A stretch of 64,000 nt of DNA from Gemmatimonadales bacterium (GTDB lineage Bacteria; Gemmatimonadota; Gemmatimonadetes; Gemmatimonadales; GWC2-71-9): the NCBI GenBank assembly GCA_041577295.1, contig JBFGJG010000001.1:160001-224000 (forward strand), read 5' to 3'. Shown here in pieces: positions 19,740 through 30,620 of this stretch (position 1 is its first letter; every line of letters starts with the position of its first letter). The translations under genes and the position numbers were made by a program. The notes below the pieces were generated by a model. It was not told where the DNA came from. It saw only the letters and a list, made by a program, of their open reading frames with translations, and made no database searches.

Positions 19740-20636
19740 GTGCGTCGCCTGTTCCTTTTGATGTCGTGCTCCTGGGTCGCGTCCCCACTCATGGCGCAGG
19801 CTCCACCCTCTGCTAATCTCTGGCGCGTGGCCGCCGCATCGCTTACCAGCCCCGCCGCTCTAGCCCAGGGGGCAACCGCGGTGTTCTGGAACCCCGCCGC
19901 GGCCGAGCCCACGCGTCTCAGCGTCGGGGTGCAAGTCATTGAGACCTCGGAAGTCTTGGGTCTCCGCGGCATCGTCGGGGCTGTGACCACGTCGCTGGGC
20001 CCGCGAGTACAGCTCGGGGTGGTCGCCGGACGCATGGATATACGCGACCTGGTTCGTACGACGTCTTCCCCCATCAGTACGGGCGGTTCCATCCCGGTCT
20101 ATGATCAGATGATCGGAGGGCGGGTGCGTGTCACCCTAGCCGGGTTGGAGCTCGGGGGACTTGTGCGGGCGCACGACTCACGATTCGACGCGCTACGGGA
20201 GGGTGGCGTGACCATGGACCTGGGCGTCCGCTATCGCCCGTTCCCCCACGTCCAGGTGGCGGCAGCCACCCACTTCCTCCCCGTGGACCTCAGCGAGCGC
20301 GAGAACACCGACTACTACTTTGGCGCAGAGTACGCCTTTACCGACGCCGTGTCGGTCGCTGGCCTGCCAACCACCATCCTCGGTCGCTATGGGTTGAGCG
20401 TGCGCCCAACCGGAGATGTCGAGCACGCGCTTGGCGCCGGCGCCGGGTTTGGCAGCCATGTCTTCGTCGATGGGTTCGTCGTCCGCGAGAGCGCCTTCGG
20501 CGACGTCGCGTGGCGTCCTGCATTCGGCATCGACATCGTGATTGGTCGGTATGCCATCACCTTCGCACGGAGTGTGGGTATCAACGACGTTGGGGGCACC
20601 TTTCGGATCGGTTTGGACGTCGATTTCATCCGATGA
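19740..20636 (+). CDS. Probable outer-membrane beta-barrel, PorV/FadL-like
   Basis: Signal peptide, ATAVFWNPA motif typical of PorV/FadL N-termini, alternating amphipathic strands, near-terminal Phe. Confidence 0.55.
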   Translation: MRRLFLLMSCSWVASPLMAQAPPSANLWRVAAASLTSPAALAQGATAVFWNPAAAEPTRLSVGVQVIETSEVLGLRGIVGAVTTSLGPRVQLGVVAGRMDIRDLVRTTSSPISTGGSIPVYDQMIGGRVRVTLAGLELGGLVRAHDSRFDALREGGVTMDLGVRYRPFPHVQVAAATHFLPVDLSERENTDYYFGAEYAFTDAVSVAGLPTTILGRYGLSVRPTGDVEHALGAGAGFGSHVFVDGFVVRESAFGDVAWRPAFGIDIVIGRYAITFARSVGINDVGGTFRIGLDVDFIR

Positions 20637-21733
20637 ATCTGCTCGACCTCGCTCCGTCGGACGCGGCAACGGCTCTCGCAGCATGGATGAGCGAGCAGGG
20701 CGAACCGCGCTACCGCACGCCGCAGGCGCTCCGGCGGTTGTGGCGCCAGCCCGCGCGAGCGTGGCACGACGCTACGGAACTGCCGCTCGCACTACGCAAC
20801 GCGCTCGAGCGGAAGTTTCCACTCCGGCGCCCACGGCTCGTCACCAGGCAGGTGTCGTCAGACGGCACCATCAAGTTCCTGTGGGGCTTTCCCGATGACG
20901 AAGCCGTCGAAGCAGTCCTGATCCCCGAAGGGCGGCGAAAAACGCTGTGCATCTCTTCACAGGTGGGGTGCGCGTACGGCTGCATCTTTTGTGCAACCGG
21001 CCGCATGGGCTTTGGGCGTCATTTGGAAGCGTGGGAGATCACCGCGCAGCTCCGCGAACTCCTGCTCGACGACACCTATGAGCGTCCGACCAACGTCGTC
21101 TTCATGGGCATGGGAGAGCCGCTGCACAACTGGGATAACGTCGACCGCGCGCTCACCATCCTCAACGATCCTCAGGGGTTGGGACTCGGTGCCCGCCACA
21201 TCACGGTGAGCACGATTGGCCTCGTCCCTGCCCTCGCCAAGCTGGCTGCCCGCCCAGAGCAGTTTCGTCTGGCGCTCTCGTTGCATGGGGCCGATTCGGA
21301 TACCCGTCGGCGCCTGATGCCTATTGAGAAGAAGTACCCGCTGGCGAGCGTCGTGAAGGCGCTGGGAAATTTCCGCCGCCGCATCACGCTCGAGTACGTG
21401 TTGATCGCCGACATCAACGATCAGCCTGAGCACGCTGATCGATTAGCCAACCTCGCCCGCCCACTCAGAGCGCATGTGAATCTGTTGCCATTGCACCCAG
21501 GAGGTGCGCCCGATCTCCACCCCTCGTCCGAGGCGCGGATGCGGCGCTTTGCGGATCGACTGCTGGAGCTTGGCGTGCGCGCGACCCTGCGGCGGAGTCG
21601 CGGACTCGATATCAGCGCTGCGTGCGGCCAACTACGGCTCGAGACCGATCGTCACGGCATCCGCGCCCAAGATCACGGTCACGTCCAGCAACCGAGAGGG
21701 ATTGGGATCAAGGGCAACGACCCCATAGCCTAA
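20633..21733 (+). CDS. rlmN: 23S rRNA (A2503)/tRNA radical-SAM methyltransferase RlmN
   Basis: CISSQVGCAYGCIFCATG, FMGMGEP, AACGQL. ATG 20633 overlaps the upstream stop. Confidence 0.95.
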   Translation: MNLLDLAPSDAATALAAWMSEQGEPRYRTPQALRRLWRQPARAWHDATELPLALRNALERKFPLRRPRLVTRQVSSDGTIKFLWGFPDDEAVEAVLIPEGRRKTLCISSQVGCAYGCIFCATGRMGFGRHLEAWEITAQLRELLLDDTYERPTNVVFMGMGEPLHNWDNVDRALTILNDPQGLGLGARHITVSTIGLVPALAKLAARPEQFRLALSLHGADSDTRRRLMPIEKKYPLASVVKALGNFRRRITLEYVLIADINDQPEHADRLANLARPLRAHVNLLPLHPGGAPDLHPSSEARMRRFADRLLELGVRATLRRSRGLDISAACGQLRLETDRHGIRAQDHGHVQQPRGIGIKGNDPIA

Positions 21734-22030
21734 CGCAGCGCGCACGCGCTTCGCGCCGGTCGAGTCACCTCGACGAACCAGGAGGAGCGTCGTATCCCGT
21801 CCGCGCGTCGACGCGTCCCCCCAAAAAACCACGTCAATCCCGGCGCGACGCAGCTCGCGCGTCGTCTCCCGGGCGAGCCCATCGGTGCCTGTTCCGTTCA
21901 AGACTTCGACGGTGACGCGATCACCTTCGCCGGGAATGGGAAGCGTGTCCGTTCGACCGGCGCGGCTGAGCACGAGCGCGGTCGTCAAGATCAGGGCACC
22001 CGCGCCGGCGGCGAAAATCAGTCGACGCAT
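21632..22030 (-). CDS. LytR C-terminal domain protein with N-terminal membrane anchor
   Basis: VEVLNGTGTDGLA...DVTVILGAD, the LytR_C pattern. Confidence 0.85.
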   Translation of the reverse strand: MRRLIFAAGAGALILTTALVLSRAGRTDTLPIPGEGDRVTVEVLNGTGTDGLARETTRELRRAGIDVVFWGDASTRGRDTTLLLVRRGDSTGAKRVRAALGYGVVALDPNPSRLLDVTVILGADAVTIGLEP

Positions 22031-22560
22031 CGGAGGGAGTTCCAGAAGTCGACTGTCTCGGGCAACAGTGATTGATCTCGTGCAATGATCATGGTGATGC
22101 GCGCCCGCGCGACATGACGGAGCGCGCTATGCCGGTCGTCGAGCACGAGCGCGGTGAGCTGTTCGCGCTCGGCACGGTTCCCCCCGGTCCGTCCTGGTTC
22201 GAGGAAGTCTGCCAGATAGAGCATGCGGCCCACGTCATCCCACCGCGCATACCCAACGGAGTGGAACGCCACGGCGTCGAGGACACCACGGTCGTCCTCG
22301 CCGTGTTGGGCCGCCATCGCCGCCGCCGCCGGGCCGTGTAGCAGCGCTGGCCGATCCCAAGCTCGCGGCGCCAGCGCTCGCAGCGTCTCCACTGGCGCGT
22401 CTTTGAGCGCGTCATGGAGTGCCGCGGCCCTCAACCACCGTTCCCGTTCGGTCCGGTCCACGCTCAACGCGTCCGCCCAGGTCATCAACAGACGTCCCAC
22501 GCGCTCGATGTGTTGACGACGCGTCTCGCTCACCGCGGCCCACGACGGGATCGCTTTCAC
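22018..22560 (-). CDS. HD-domain hydrolase, YqeK (Ap4A hydrolase)-like
   Basis: RRQH, AALHDALK, LLHGPAAA, AVAFHS, LYLADFLEPGR. Confidence 0.8.
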   Translation of the reverse strand: MKAIPSWAAVSETRRQHIERVGRLLMTWADALSVDRTERERWLRAAALHDALKDAPVETLRALAPRAWDRPALLHGPAAAAMAAQHGEDDRGVLDAVAFHSVGYARWDDVGRMLYLADFLEPGRTGGNRAEREQLTALVLDDRHSALRHVARARITMIIARDQSLLPETVDFWNSLRCVD

Positions 22561-22982
22561 GGCTGTGCATCCTCGAGCTCGGCGAGTTCCCGGAGCCAGA
22601 AGCTGCGATTGGGAAGTTCTGGGTGTGGCAGGATGAGATCGGCCTCGGCGATTGCCAGGTCCCCGTACCGCACAATGTCGATATCCAACGTCCGCGGCCC
22701 CCAGCGCCGCTCGCGCACGCGTCCCGCCTCACGTTCGATCGCGTGACACGCGGCCAGGAGGGCCTGGGGCGTGAGGCCCGTGGTCACCAGCACCATCTGG
22801 TTCAGATATCGGGGCTGCGGTGGACCGAGGGGCTCGGTCTCGTCGATGCTGCTCGTTGCCAGCACCTCGGTGTGCGGTAGCGCGTGGAGTCGTTCGCGCG
22901 CCAAGGCCAGATAGCGAGCGCGGTCACCCTGATTGGACCCCAACGCGATGTAGACGTGCTCAGGTTTCCGCGCGACGCTCAC
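22557..22982 (-). CDS. folK: 2-amino-4-hydroxy-6-hydroxymethyldihydropteridine diphosphokinase
   Basis: YIALGSNQG, YLNQ, RWGPRTLDIDI, LPHP. Confidence 0.95.
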   Translation of the reverse strand: MSVARKPEHVYIALGSNQGDRARYLALARERLHALPHTEVLATSSIDETEPLGPPQPRYLNQMVLVTTGLTPQALLAACHAIEREAGRVRERRWGPRTLDIDIVRYGDLAIAEADLILPHPELPNRSFWLRELAELEDAQP

Positions 22983-23337
22983 GTTCCAATACCACCTCGA
23001 CGTAGTCCAGCAATCCGTGGATCGGTGCGTGGGGCTTACGCGCCGCCACGCGGACGCGCTCGACCCGATCCAGCGTCAGCGCGCCGGCGGCGATCTTCTC
23101 ACACAGGGCTTCCAACAGGCGGTGGTGACTGGTCCCGACCGTCTCTGCGACGAGGTTGTAAAGGTCACGGTAGTCGAGCAGACGCCGCGGCGAGTCGGTC
23201 TCGCCCACGTGTCGGAGGTCGAGCCACACGGTGAGATCCACGTCGAGCGGCTGCGGCACGGACTCCTCGTGTGGCAAGAGCCCTACGCACGTGTGAAACC
23301 GCATCCCGCGTAATGTGATCGAATCGCTAGTGCTCAC
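22960..23337 (-). CDS. folB: Dihydroneopterin aldolase
   Basis: GLLPHEE, LDYR, LLEAL, KPHAP; adjacent to folK. Confidence 0.92.
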   Translation of the reverse strand: MSTSDSITLRGMRFHTCVGLLPHEESVPQPLDVDLTVWLDLRHVGETDSPRRLLDYRDLYNLVAETVGTSHHRLLEALCEKIAAGALTLDRVERVRVAARKPHAPIHGLLDYVEVVLERERRAET

Positions 23338-23345
23338 GGAAACGA

Positions 23346-23375
23346 AGCGTAAGGCCCCCGGGGGTCGGGTGTCAA
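23346..23375 (-). promoter_or_regulatory. Putative sigma70 promoter for folB-folK-yqeK-lytR
   Basis: TTGACA-N18-TACGCT on the minus strand, 8 nt before the folB GTG; no SD. Confidence 0.5.
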
Positions 23376-25465
23376 AGGCCGGCGCCGTCTTCCGAGGTCA
23401 CTTGGCTGGTAATCTCCGATAACATCTTTGCAATGGCGTTGAGCTCGTTGGTGGCCTGCCCCATTTCATCGACGCCGCTTGCGACGTCCTTGGCCCGTTG
23501 TAGCACGGTGTCGGCGTCTTTCCGATTGCGCGACGAGATCGTTGCCACGCCGGTGATCCGCTCGTCGAGCCGTGCGAAAACTTCGGTCTGCTGCCGCGTG
23601 GTCGCTGCGATACGTCGCACGTGGTCCGTCGCCTCCAGGGTGATACGGGTGATCGATTCCAAGGCCTGAAGCCCCTCGGTGCTCAGGTCTTCCACACCAC
23701 CGACGGCGATCTCGCCGCCCCGCATGTGATCCACCACCTCCCCCAGCCGCCGTTGCATGTCCTCGACCAGTTCCGCCGCCTCGTCGGCGGTGCGCACTCC
23801 CTGCTCGGCCAGGCTGCGAACCTCGCGCGCGACCTCGGCAAACCCGCGACCATGCGCACCCGCCCTGGCGGCTTCGATCGCGGCATTCAGCGCCAGCAGG
23901 TGGGTCAGATCCGCCAATTCGCGAATCGACGTTAGAAACTTCACGATCCGTCGGCTCGCGGTGCCAAGCTCACCAACCTTCTGGGAACTCTCCGCAACGA
24001 ACGTCTTCAGCGTCACGAGTCGCTCAATCGCGTCGCCGATCGTGCGGCGGTGCCGCTCGGCTAGATCGCTGGCTGTGGTGCTCGCCTTCGCCGCCTCGCT
24101 GCTGTCCTGATGCACTTGCTTGGTGGCAGCGCTCAACTCCTGCGTGGCATCCAACCCGCTAACCACCTCGGTGTCCTGTTGGGATAACCCACCGCCGATC
24201 GCCTCGGTGGCAGCCGTCATCGCGTCTGCCGCCGCGCGAAGCCCGTCCGCCAGGGAACCCAGCGCTTTCACTTGTTGATTGATCCGTGCGACCGTGTCGA
24301 GCAGCGGCTTGCGCAGGTCCGCAATGTGAACCGCGGTGGCAATGCGGCGTGCGCAGGTTTCGACCAACCCGAGCCGGCGGCGGCCATACTGGCGTCGCTT
24401 GTGGTGATCCAGCTCGAACGTCCCGATGAACTCCTCGCCGAAGACGAGGGGCACGATCACCAGACTGCGAACGTAGGTCGTGAGTCCGACCGTGCGTGCA
24501 TCGCTCTCGGTATCCTGGATCGCGATCGTGCGGCGCGTCTCGAGCGCCTCCGTGCGCAACGTCTCAAACACAGGAGATATGTCGCCGGTTTCCGGTGTCC
24601 CGCTCGCTCCGCGATAGAGTGCCTCGAACGCGGTGCCGGTCCAGCGGTACACGCGATAGTCGCGCCAATCGAGAATCCGATGGGCCAGATCTTCGATGGT
24701 GGTGAGTGCCCGATCGAGCGTGACGTTGCTGGTGATCACGAGCTCCATTGCATGCAGCTTGTTCAGTTCCTCTGCTTGAATGGCCTCTTCCAGGATCCGC
24801 TTGATGATCGAGGCGATGAAGACCACCAGGAAAGCGACGAACGGCCAGACGATCGCCGGCAGGAAAGCAACGGTCAGGATGACCACGCCGGCGCCGACCA
24901 GCGTGATCCCGTACGCCACGACCTCGTATCGCAGCACGAACAACCGCTCGTCGTGCGGAAGCTTGTCGCGAATGATGAGCGTGTAGTAGAACAGCGCGCG
25001 GGAAACGACGAAGTAGCTCAACCCGAACAGCGTGATTGCGAGAATCGCCTCATAGGATCTCGGCGTCGTGACACCGGAGAGGAGCAGCGCCCCTGCGTAA
25101 AACCCGTACGAGACAACGAGCGCCGTCGCTTCGCGTGCCACGTTGACCAGTGCCGCTCGGGGATCTTTGCGAAACCAGATCCAATCCGTCGCGAACAGTC
25201 CGAGCGACACGCCGAGAACGGTCGTTGCCGGACCGAAGAGGAGCGCACCAGCGACCAGCGCAATTCCCGCCTGCGTCGCGTACGAGTATTTCCCGATCGC
25301 CAGGTAAAACGCACGCAGTGCAGCGGTGCCCAGCGCGAGCGCTAGGATGGCCGTCCACGATTCGAGCCACCGGGGGTCTCGCACAGGAACGGCAAGCAAC
25401 AACAGACCGCCCGTTCCCGCGAGCGTCCGTGAGAACACGAAGCTCCATCGCCGAACGGCTCTCAC
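23372..25465 (-). CDS. Methyl-accepting chemotaxis-type receptor: multi-TM N-terminus, GAF domain, MCP signalling domain
   Basis: About 8 hydrophobic segments, GAF ([18 protein letters not shown]), tip [34 protein letters not shown] 25465 overlaps the trpA stop. Confidence 0.9.
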   Translation of the reverse strand: MRAVRRWSFVFSRTLAGTGGLLLLAVPVRDPRWLESWTAILALALGTAALRAFYLAIGKYSYATQAGIALVAGALLFGPATTVLGVSLGLFATDWIWFRKDPRAALVNVAREATALVVSYGFYAGALLLSGVTTPRSYEAILAITLFGLSYFVVSRALFYYTLIIRDKLPHDERLFVLRYEVVAYGITLVGAGVVILTVAFLPAIVWPFVAFLVVFIASIIKRILEEAIQAEELNKLHAMELVITSNVTLDRALTTIEDLAHRILDWRDYRVYRWTGTAFEALYRGASGTPETGDISPVFETLRTEALETRRTIAIQDTESDARTVGLTTYVRSLVIVPLVFGEEFIGTFELDHHKRRQYGRRRLGLVETCARRIATAVHIADLRKPLLDTVARINQQVKALGSLADGLRAAADAMTAATEAIGGGLSQQDTEVVSGLDATQELSAATKQVHQDSSEAAKASTTASDLAERHRRTIGDAIERLVTLKTFVAESSQKVGELGTASRRIVKFLTSIRELADLTHLLALNAAIEAARAGAHGRGFAEVAREVRSLAEQGVRTADEAAELVEDMQRRLGEVVDHMRGGEIAVGGVEDLSTEGLQALESITRITLEATDHVRRIAATTRQQTEVFARLDERITGVATISSRNRKDADTVLQRAKDVASGVDEMGQATNELNAIAKMLSEITSQVTSEDGAGL

Positions 25466-26268
25466 GCCACGCCCTCGCCGATGGGTGCCGCGTTGTCGAG
25501 GCTCATGCGAAGCCCACTGAAAAATTCTCTGGCGTTGGCCAGCCCTTGCTCCAGCCGCTGTACCAGCGCACTCCCCACCACGACCCCGTCCGCGATCGCC
25601 GCGGCCGCCGCCAGTTGGCGACCCTCGGTGAGCCCAAAACCCACCACGATGGGCAAGCTGGTGCAGCGACGCACCCGTGCAACTGTCGCCTCGAGACCTC
25701 CCGTCACCTCCGTCCGCGCGCCGGTGACGCCTAGCCGCGCGATGACGTACACAAATCCCCGGGCGTTCCGCAGGATGGCACCGCATCGCGCATCGTTCGT
25801 GGTGGGTGCGATCAGCTGAATCTGTGTCAGCGGACTATCGGCGAGCGCACCTTCGACCGCGGCATCTTCACCGCCAGGCACGTCCGTGAGGAGGACACCC
25901 GCAACGCCTGCCTCGCTCGCGTCCGTCACGAAGCGCTCGAGACCGTACGCCAGAATGGGATTCACGTAGCCGAACAAGATGATCGGAATCTCGAGGTCCA
26001 CCTCACGCACCATGGCGAGGACCTTCGCGAGGTTCATTCCCCCCTCGAGGGCGATCTGATTGGCGCGCTGGATCACGGGACCGTCGGCGACGGGGTCACT
26101 GAATGGCACGCCGACCTCGACGAAATCGGCGCCCGCGTCCACCACCATTTCGAGGGCGGCGCGTGACACCTCGGCCGTCGGGAAACCGGCGGTCAGGTAG
26201 GGAATGAGAGCGGTACGGCGCTTGTGACGGAGGTGCGACCAGCGCGCCTCGATGCTGCTGTCAGACAA
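25462..26268 (-). CDS. trpA: Tryptophan synthase alpha chain
   Basis: [36 protein letters not shown]. Confidence 0.96.
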   Translation of the reverse strand: MSDSSIEARWSHLRHKRRTALIPYLTAGFPTAEVSRAALEMVVDAGADFVEVGVPFSDPVADGPVIQRANQIALEGGMNLAKVLAMVREVDLEIPIILFGYVNPILAYGLERFVTDASEAGVAGVLLTDVPGGEDAAVEGALADSPLTQIQLIAPTTNDARCGAILRNARGFVYVIARLGVTGARTEVTGGLEATVARVRRCTSLPIVVGFGLTEGRQLAAAAAIADGVVVGSALVQRLEQGLANAREFFSGLRMSLDNAAPIGEGVA

Positions 26269-27748
26269 AGTAATCGCCGGGGTTGATTCCGTACTTCTCC
26301 GGATCCGTCACCTTGATGATCGACCGCTTGAACGAGCCGTCCGGGGCCACGTCCGAGAGATTCACCAAGTGCCCCGGCTTGAGCATCGTTCCCTCGGGCG
26401 TGCTAATGATGCGCACCATCGGACGGTGTAACTGGGTGAGGTCGGAGTTCGCGGCATGCACAATACCCAGCTCATATGAGTCGAGAATTACACATGTGCC
26501 TACCGGATAGACGCCGATCAGATTGATGAGGGCCTTGACCAGCACCGGGTCGAACCCGCGACGTGGGTTCTCCCACATCTCACGCAGCACCTCGTCCGGC
26601 TGTAACGGGACCGTCTGATAGCTGCGTCGCGTGGTTGCCGCGTCAAACGCGTCCGCTACTGCCACGATCTTCGAGAATACCGACAAGCCACGAGGGCGGA
26701 TCGACTTCGGGTAGCCGGTCAGGTCCACCTTCATGTGGTGCTCGTACGCGGCGATCATGGCCCGGTATGGTATCTCCCCGTAGCCACGCAGGCCGAACAG
26801 CACGAGCACCCCCAGCCACGGGTGGGCCTGCATGATTCGCCACTCCTCGTCGGTTAGGGCACCTTCTTTGGACAGAATCTCAATCGGGACGCGGCTCTTC
26901 CCCACGTCGTGGAACAGCGCCGCGAGACCCAGGTCGTATAGTTGGAGTTTGTTGAGCCCGATCCGTTTCCCGATCGACACGCTGAAGATGCACACGTTGA
27001 CTGAATGCGTGAACGTATACTCGTCGTAATCGCGGATGGTGGTGAGACCCACGAGCGACACTTCGTTCTTGAGTACCTGATCGACGATACCTTGCACGGC
27101 GCGCTTTACCTTCCTGACGCTTGCCGTGCGGCCCATACGCACGCTGTTGATGACTTCCTTCGTTACCGCGACAGACCGTTCGTACGTGCGCTTGGCAACC
27201 TCTTTCGCCTTCTCCTCGTCCTGGAGATCCTCGTCGCTCTCGGCAGGGGGCTCCACCCCGACGTGGGTGACCCCGCCTTGCACGAGCTTCTGCTGAAGCT
27301 CGAACAGTTTGTTTGGATCGGCCTCGCGCGCGGCGAACGACAGCAGCAACGAGATCAACACCTGCCATTCACGCCGCTCGACCTCCTCGCTGACCAAGAG
27401 CACGCCAATGTCACACTGCCGTAGCGTCATGAGGACGTGGCTGAACGATGCGTAGTTGTCGAGGTCGAGTCGCAACCGGGTGGAGTTGACGAAAATGAAC
27501 TCTCCAGAAATACGCACTTCCAACTCGCTCTCGAGGTCGAGCAGCTTCCTCGCGGAGCCGTTCAGCTCGTCGAGCGCCCGCTGGACTTGGTCGTTTTCGA
27601 CGGGGTAGAGCTTGAGGCTGCGAAGGGCAGCATAGAAGGACACGAGGAACGTACGACCGGTTTGCCGCAGGAGGCCTGCGGTCGTTCCCACCGCGTCGGT
27701 GAGCGTCGTGCGCGCTTCGCGCGTTTCCTGGTCCCCAATACTCGCCAT
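26261..27748 (-). CDS. HD-GYP cyclic-dinucleotide phosphodiesterase with uncharacterised N-terminal domain
   Basis: DEYTFTHSVNV, HDVGK, EHH, GYP, VADAFDA. Confidence 0.9.
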   Translation of the reverse strand: MASIGDQETREARTTLTDAVGTTAGLLRQTGRTFLVSFYAALRSLKLYPVENDQVQRALDELNGSARKLLDLESELEVRISGEFIFVNSTRLRLDLDNYASFSHVLMTLRQCDIGVLLVSEEVERREWQVLISLLLSFAAREADPNKLFELQQKLVQGGVTHVGVEPPAESDEDLQDEEKAKEVAKRTYERSVAVTKEVINSVRMGRTASVRKVKRAVQGIVDQVLKNEVSLVGLTTIRDYDEYTFTHSVNVCIFSVSIGKRIGLNKLQLYDLGLAALFHDVGKSRVPIEILSKEGALTDEEWRIMQAHPWLGVLVLFGLRGYGEIPYRAMIAAYEHHMKVDLTGYPKSIRPRGLSVFSKIVAVADAFDAATTRRSYQTVPLQPDEVLREMWENPRRGFDPVLVKALINLIGVYPVGTCVILDSYELGIVHAANSDLTQLHRPMVRIISTPEGTMLKPGHLVNLSDVAPDGSFKRSIIKVTDPEKYGINPGDYFV

Positions 27749-27750
27749 CG

Positions 27751-29427
27751 TTACGACATCTCCCGTATGGCCCGGCCCACCGCGTTGCGCACCAACGGAT
27801 CCTTATCCTGTGCAGCCGCGTTGAGAATGTCCTTCGCCTCGGGCGTGCCAATCTTGCCAAGCGCCATCGCGGCGCACGCCCGCGTCTCGGGGTCTTCTTT
27901 CCGCTTGATGAAACCCTTCGCTTTGAGCATCGACTGCAGCTTCTTGATCGCGGACGGACCCGCCAGGGTGCCGTAGGCTTCGAAGAACGCCGTCTTCTCA
28001 GTGAGGTCGGCCTGCCGTAGGCTGTTCCCGGTAATGATCGACTCAATCTTGCTGAAGCCACCGCGGTAGCCCCGGTTGGCGAACGCGCGAACCGCACCGA
28101 CCCGCACATCCCGATCCTCATCCTCTACGGCGACCTCGAGTTCCTTGAGGGCTCCGGGGGAACCGATGGCAGCCAAGGCGGTGACGGCGGCGCGCCGAAT
28201 CGCCGGAATTTCCCGCTTGAGCGCTCCTCCCAACGCCGGCACGACCGGCGGCAGCTTGACGTGTCCCACCACGCGGATCGCCTCGAGCACCACCGCTTCG
28301 TCGTTGGATGCGATCGCGCCCGCGAGGCGATCCGGATGCGCCGCAGCCAAACGCCTCGTGGAGTTCCCCAGGAGCTCCCGTACCCGTTGATTCGTGAGCC
28401 GAGGCAACCACGACAGAAGCGTCTCCAACGCCTCCGGCCGAAGTTCGCGAAAGAGCTCACCTAGCTCCTCTTCGGTGGGGTGGACGTGCGCTTCATCGAG
28501 TGACTGGAGCAGCTGTGCCAAGGTGTCCGACTGTGAGAGCTTGGCCGGCAGCTCTTCGAGCGTTTCCCGGTGCTCGTCCAACAACTCTCGAGCACGTTGA
28601 CGCACCGCGCGAACCTCGCGCAGTACGTACGCAACCGACTGAAAGTCGCCAGCGGCGAGCAGGTACGGGATGAAATTCTCGACGATTGAGATCAGCTCGG
28701 CTCGTACTGTGGCGTACGTCTGGAGCTCGAGCAAATCGAAGAGCATCGCGAGGACGTTGCCGCGCAGGTTCTGCGCGTACTCGCGATCGACCTCGCTCTT
28801 CAGATACTTGATCTCCTTAGGGTCGAGGAAGTAGAGCGTGGAGTCGAATTCCTCGATATCCACCAGCCCGGGCGGGCGTTGTGGCTCGGGTTGCTCCTCC
28901 ACCTCACGCCGTATCTCCGCCACCGTCGCTGCTGGCGGCTCCTTGGTGGATGCCTCAATGGGATGGTGGTCGGCGCTGGTGAGGTCGACGTAGTCATACC
29001 GCACCGATTCCAGATTCGCTTCCCACAGCAGCGTCAGGAGATCGTCGTTCGACTCGGGTGGGAGGTGACGCGCCTTATTGACAACCTCGAGGAACCGGAC
29101 GATCTCACCGTCCTCGACCCCTGGCATGAGCGTGAGCGACCGGATTCCGTCTTTGTAGAGAACCCAGGCCAGGCTCTCGGACTTCGGCTGGGACAACACC
29201 GCGGCGCCATCCCACCGGAACTCCGTTTCCGCCACCTCCAGCTCCAGTTCGGCGCACTCGTCCCAAACCGGAGCGAACGCCGTAGTGACGTTGGCGAGGG
29301 CCCTCTGATAGACGGGGTTGTTCGGGAGATAGAGCTGAATCGCCCGCAAGCCCTTCGTAAACACCTGAAGGAGGTTCTCGACGGCCGCCGTTTCCTGTGG
29401 GGTGTTCGTCGTAGTCGATTCGGTCAC
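27751..29427 (-). CDS. HEAT-repeat protein with uncharacterised N-terminal domain
   Basis: C-terminal repeats [44 protein letters not shown]. Confidence 0.85.
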   Translation of the reverse strand: MTESTTTNTPQETAAVENLLQVFTKGLRAIQLYLPNNPVYQRALANVTTAFAPVWDECAELELEVAETEFRWDGAAVLSQPKSESLAWVLYKDGIRSLTLMPGVEDGEIVRFLEVVNKARHLPPESNDDLLTLLWEANLESVRYDYVDLTSADHHPIEASTKEPPAATVAEIRREVEEQPEPQRPPGLVDIEEFDSTLYFLDPKEIKYLKSEVDREYAQNLRGNVLAMLFDLLELQTYATVRAELISIVENFIPYLLAAGDFQSVAYVLREVRAVRQRARELLDEHRETLEELPAKLSQSDTLAQLLQSLDEAHVHPTEEELGELFRELRPEALETLLSWLPRLTNQRVRELLGNSTRRLAAAHPDRLAGAIASNDEAVVLEAIRVVGHVKLPPVVPALGGALKREIPAIRRAAVTALAAIGSPGALKELEVAVEDEDRDVRVGAVRAFANRGYRGGFSKIESIITGNSLRQADLTEKTAFFEAYGTLAGPSAIKKLQSMLKAKGFIKRKEDPETRACAAMALGKIGTPEAKDILNAAAQDKDPLVRNAVGRAIREMS

Positions 29428-30620
29428 TCAGCTTTCCCCGTGAGCGCCGCGATGTGGGCCACATCCTTGTCACCGCGGCCGCTCACGTTGACCACGATGA
29501 CGTCACCTTCGAGCGAGCCGGATGGCTCGAGCAACCATGCCACCGCGTGTGCGCTCTCCAACGCGGGCAGGATGCCCTCCAGTCGCGCGAGCGTCGCGAA
29601 GGCTTCGAGCGCAGCGCTGTCCGAGACAGATTCGTACCGCACTCGACCCGTTTCGCGTAGATACGCATGTTCGGGACCGACCGCAGGGTAGTCAAGCCCC
29701 GCAGACACCGAATGCGCCGGTTCAACCTGCCCGTCAGCATCTTGGAGCAGGTAGGTGTAGCACCCGTGCAAGACGCCCGGCCGGCCCCGCGCCAATGAGG
29801 CGGCGTGGCGGCCCGGACCGGGACCCTCACCTCCGGCCTCGACCCCAACCAGCGCCACCGAGGGGTCCTCGAGAAACGCGCGGAAGATCCCAATGGCGTT
29901 GGACCCGCCCCCGACGCAGGCAACCACCATGTCCGGGGCCCCACCGGTCCTCTCCGCCACCTGGGTCCGGGTCTCGCAGCCGATCACGCTCTGAAAATCC
30001 CCCACCATTCTAGGAAAAGGATCCGGACCGACTGCGGAACCGATCACATAATGTGTGGTCGGAACCGTCGTGACCCAGTCCCGGAGGGCCTCGTTGGTCG
30101 CATCCTTGAGGGTCCGGCGCCCGGCTGTGACCGGAACCACACGGGCACCTAACAGCTCCATGCGAAACACGTTGAGCCGTTGGCGCTCCATGTCGGCGGA
30201 CCCCATATAGACAACACACTCGAGCCCCAGGTGAGCGCACGCGGTGGCGGTCGCCACACCGTGCTGACCTGCCCCAGTTTCGGCAATGACGCGTCGCTTG
30301 CCGATCCGACGAGCCAGCAACGCCTGGCCAAGCGTGTTGTTGATCTTGTGGGCACCGGTGTGCGCCAGATCCTCTCGCTTGAGCAGGACCCGAGCGCCCA
30401 ATCGTTCCGACAGCCGTGGGGCCTCCGAAAGCGGGGTCGGTCGCCCCGCGAACGTCCGGAGAAGCTCTCCCAGCTCGGCTCGAAAAGCGGGATCGTGTGC
30501 GGCCTCGTCGTACGCGTGAGCTAACTCATCCAGCGCCGGGATGAGGGTCTCGGGCACGTAACGACCGCCAAACGGCCCGAACCGGCCGCCTTTCACGGCG
30601 GGTGACGCAATGGCGGTCAC
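29424..30620 (-). CDS. trpB: Tryptophan synthase beta chain
   Basis: [19 protein letters not shown] (PLP Lys), GGGSNA, SAGLDYP, SGRGDKD. Confidence 0.96.
   Translation of the reverse strand: MTAIASPAVKGGRFGPFGGRYVPETLIPALDELAHAYDEAAHDPAFRAELGELLRTFAGRPTPLSEAPRLSERLGARVLLKREDLAHTGAHKINNTLGQALLARRIGKRRVIAETGAGQHGVATATACAHLGLECVVYMGSADMERQRLNVFRMELLGARVVPVTAGRRTLKDATNEALRDWVTTVPTTHYVIGSAVGPDPFPRMVGDFQSVIGCETRTQVAERTGGAPDMVVACVGGGSNAIGIFRAFLEDPSVALVGVEAGGEGPGPGRHAASLARGRPGVLHGCYTYLLQDADGQVEPAHSVSAGLDYPAVGPEHAYLRETGRVRYESVSDSAALEAFATLARLEGILPALESAHAVAWLLEPSGSLEGDVIVVNVSGRGDKDVAHIAALTGKAE

Noticed and set aside
25466..25786. N-terminal extensions in the ORF track (MCP, trpB, meaB, psd, purS, purF, rlmN and others)
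   Set aside because: They overlap upstream genes and lack family similarity. Starts were moved to coupled or motif-consistent codons.
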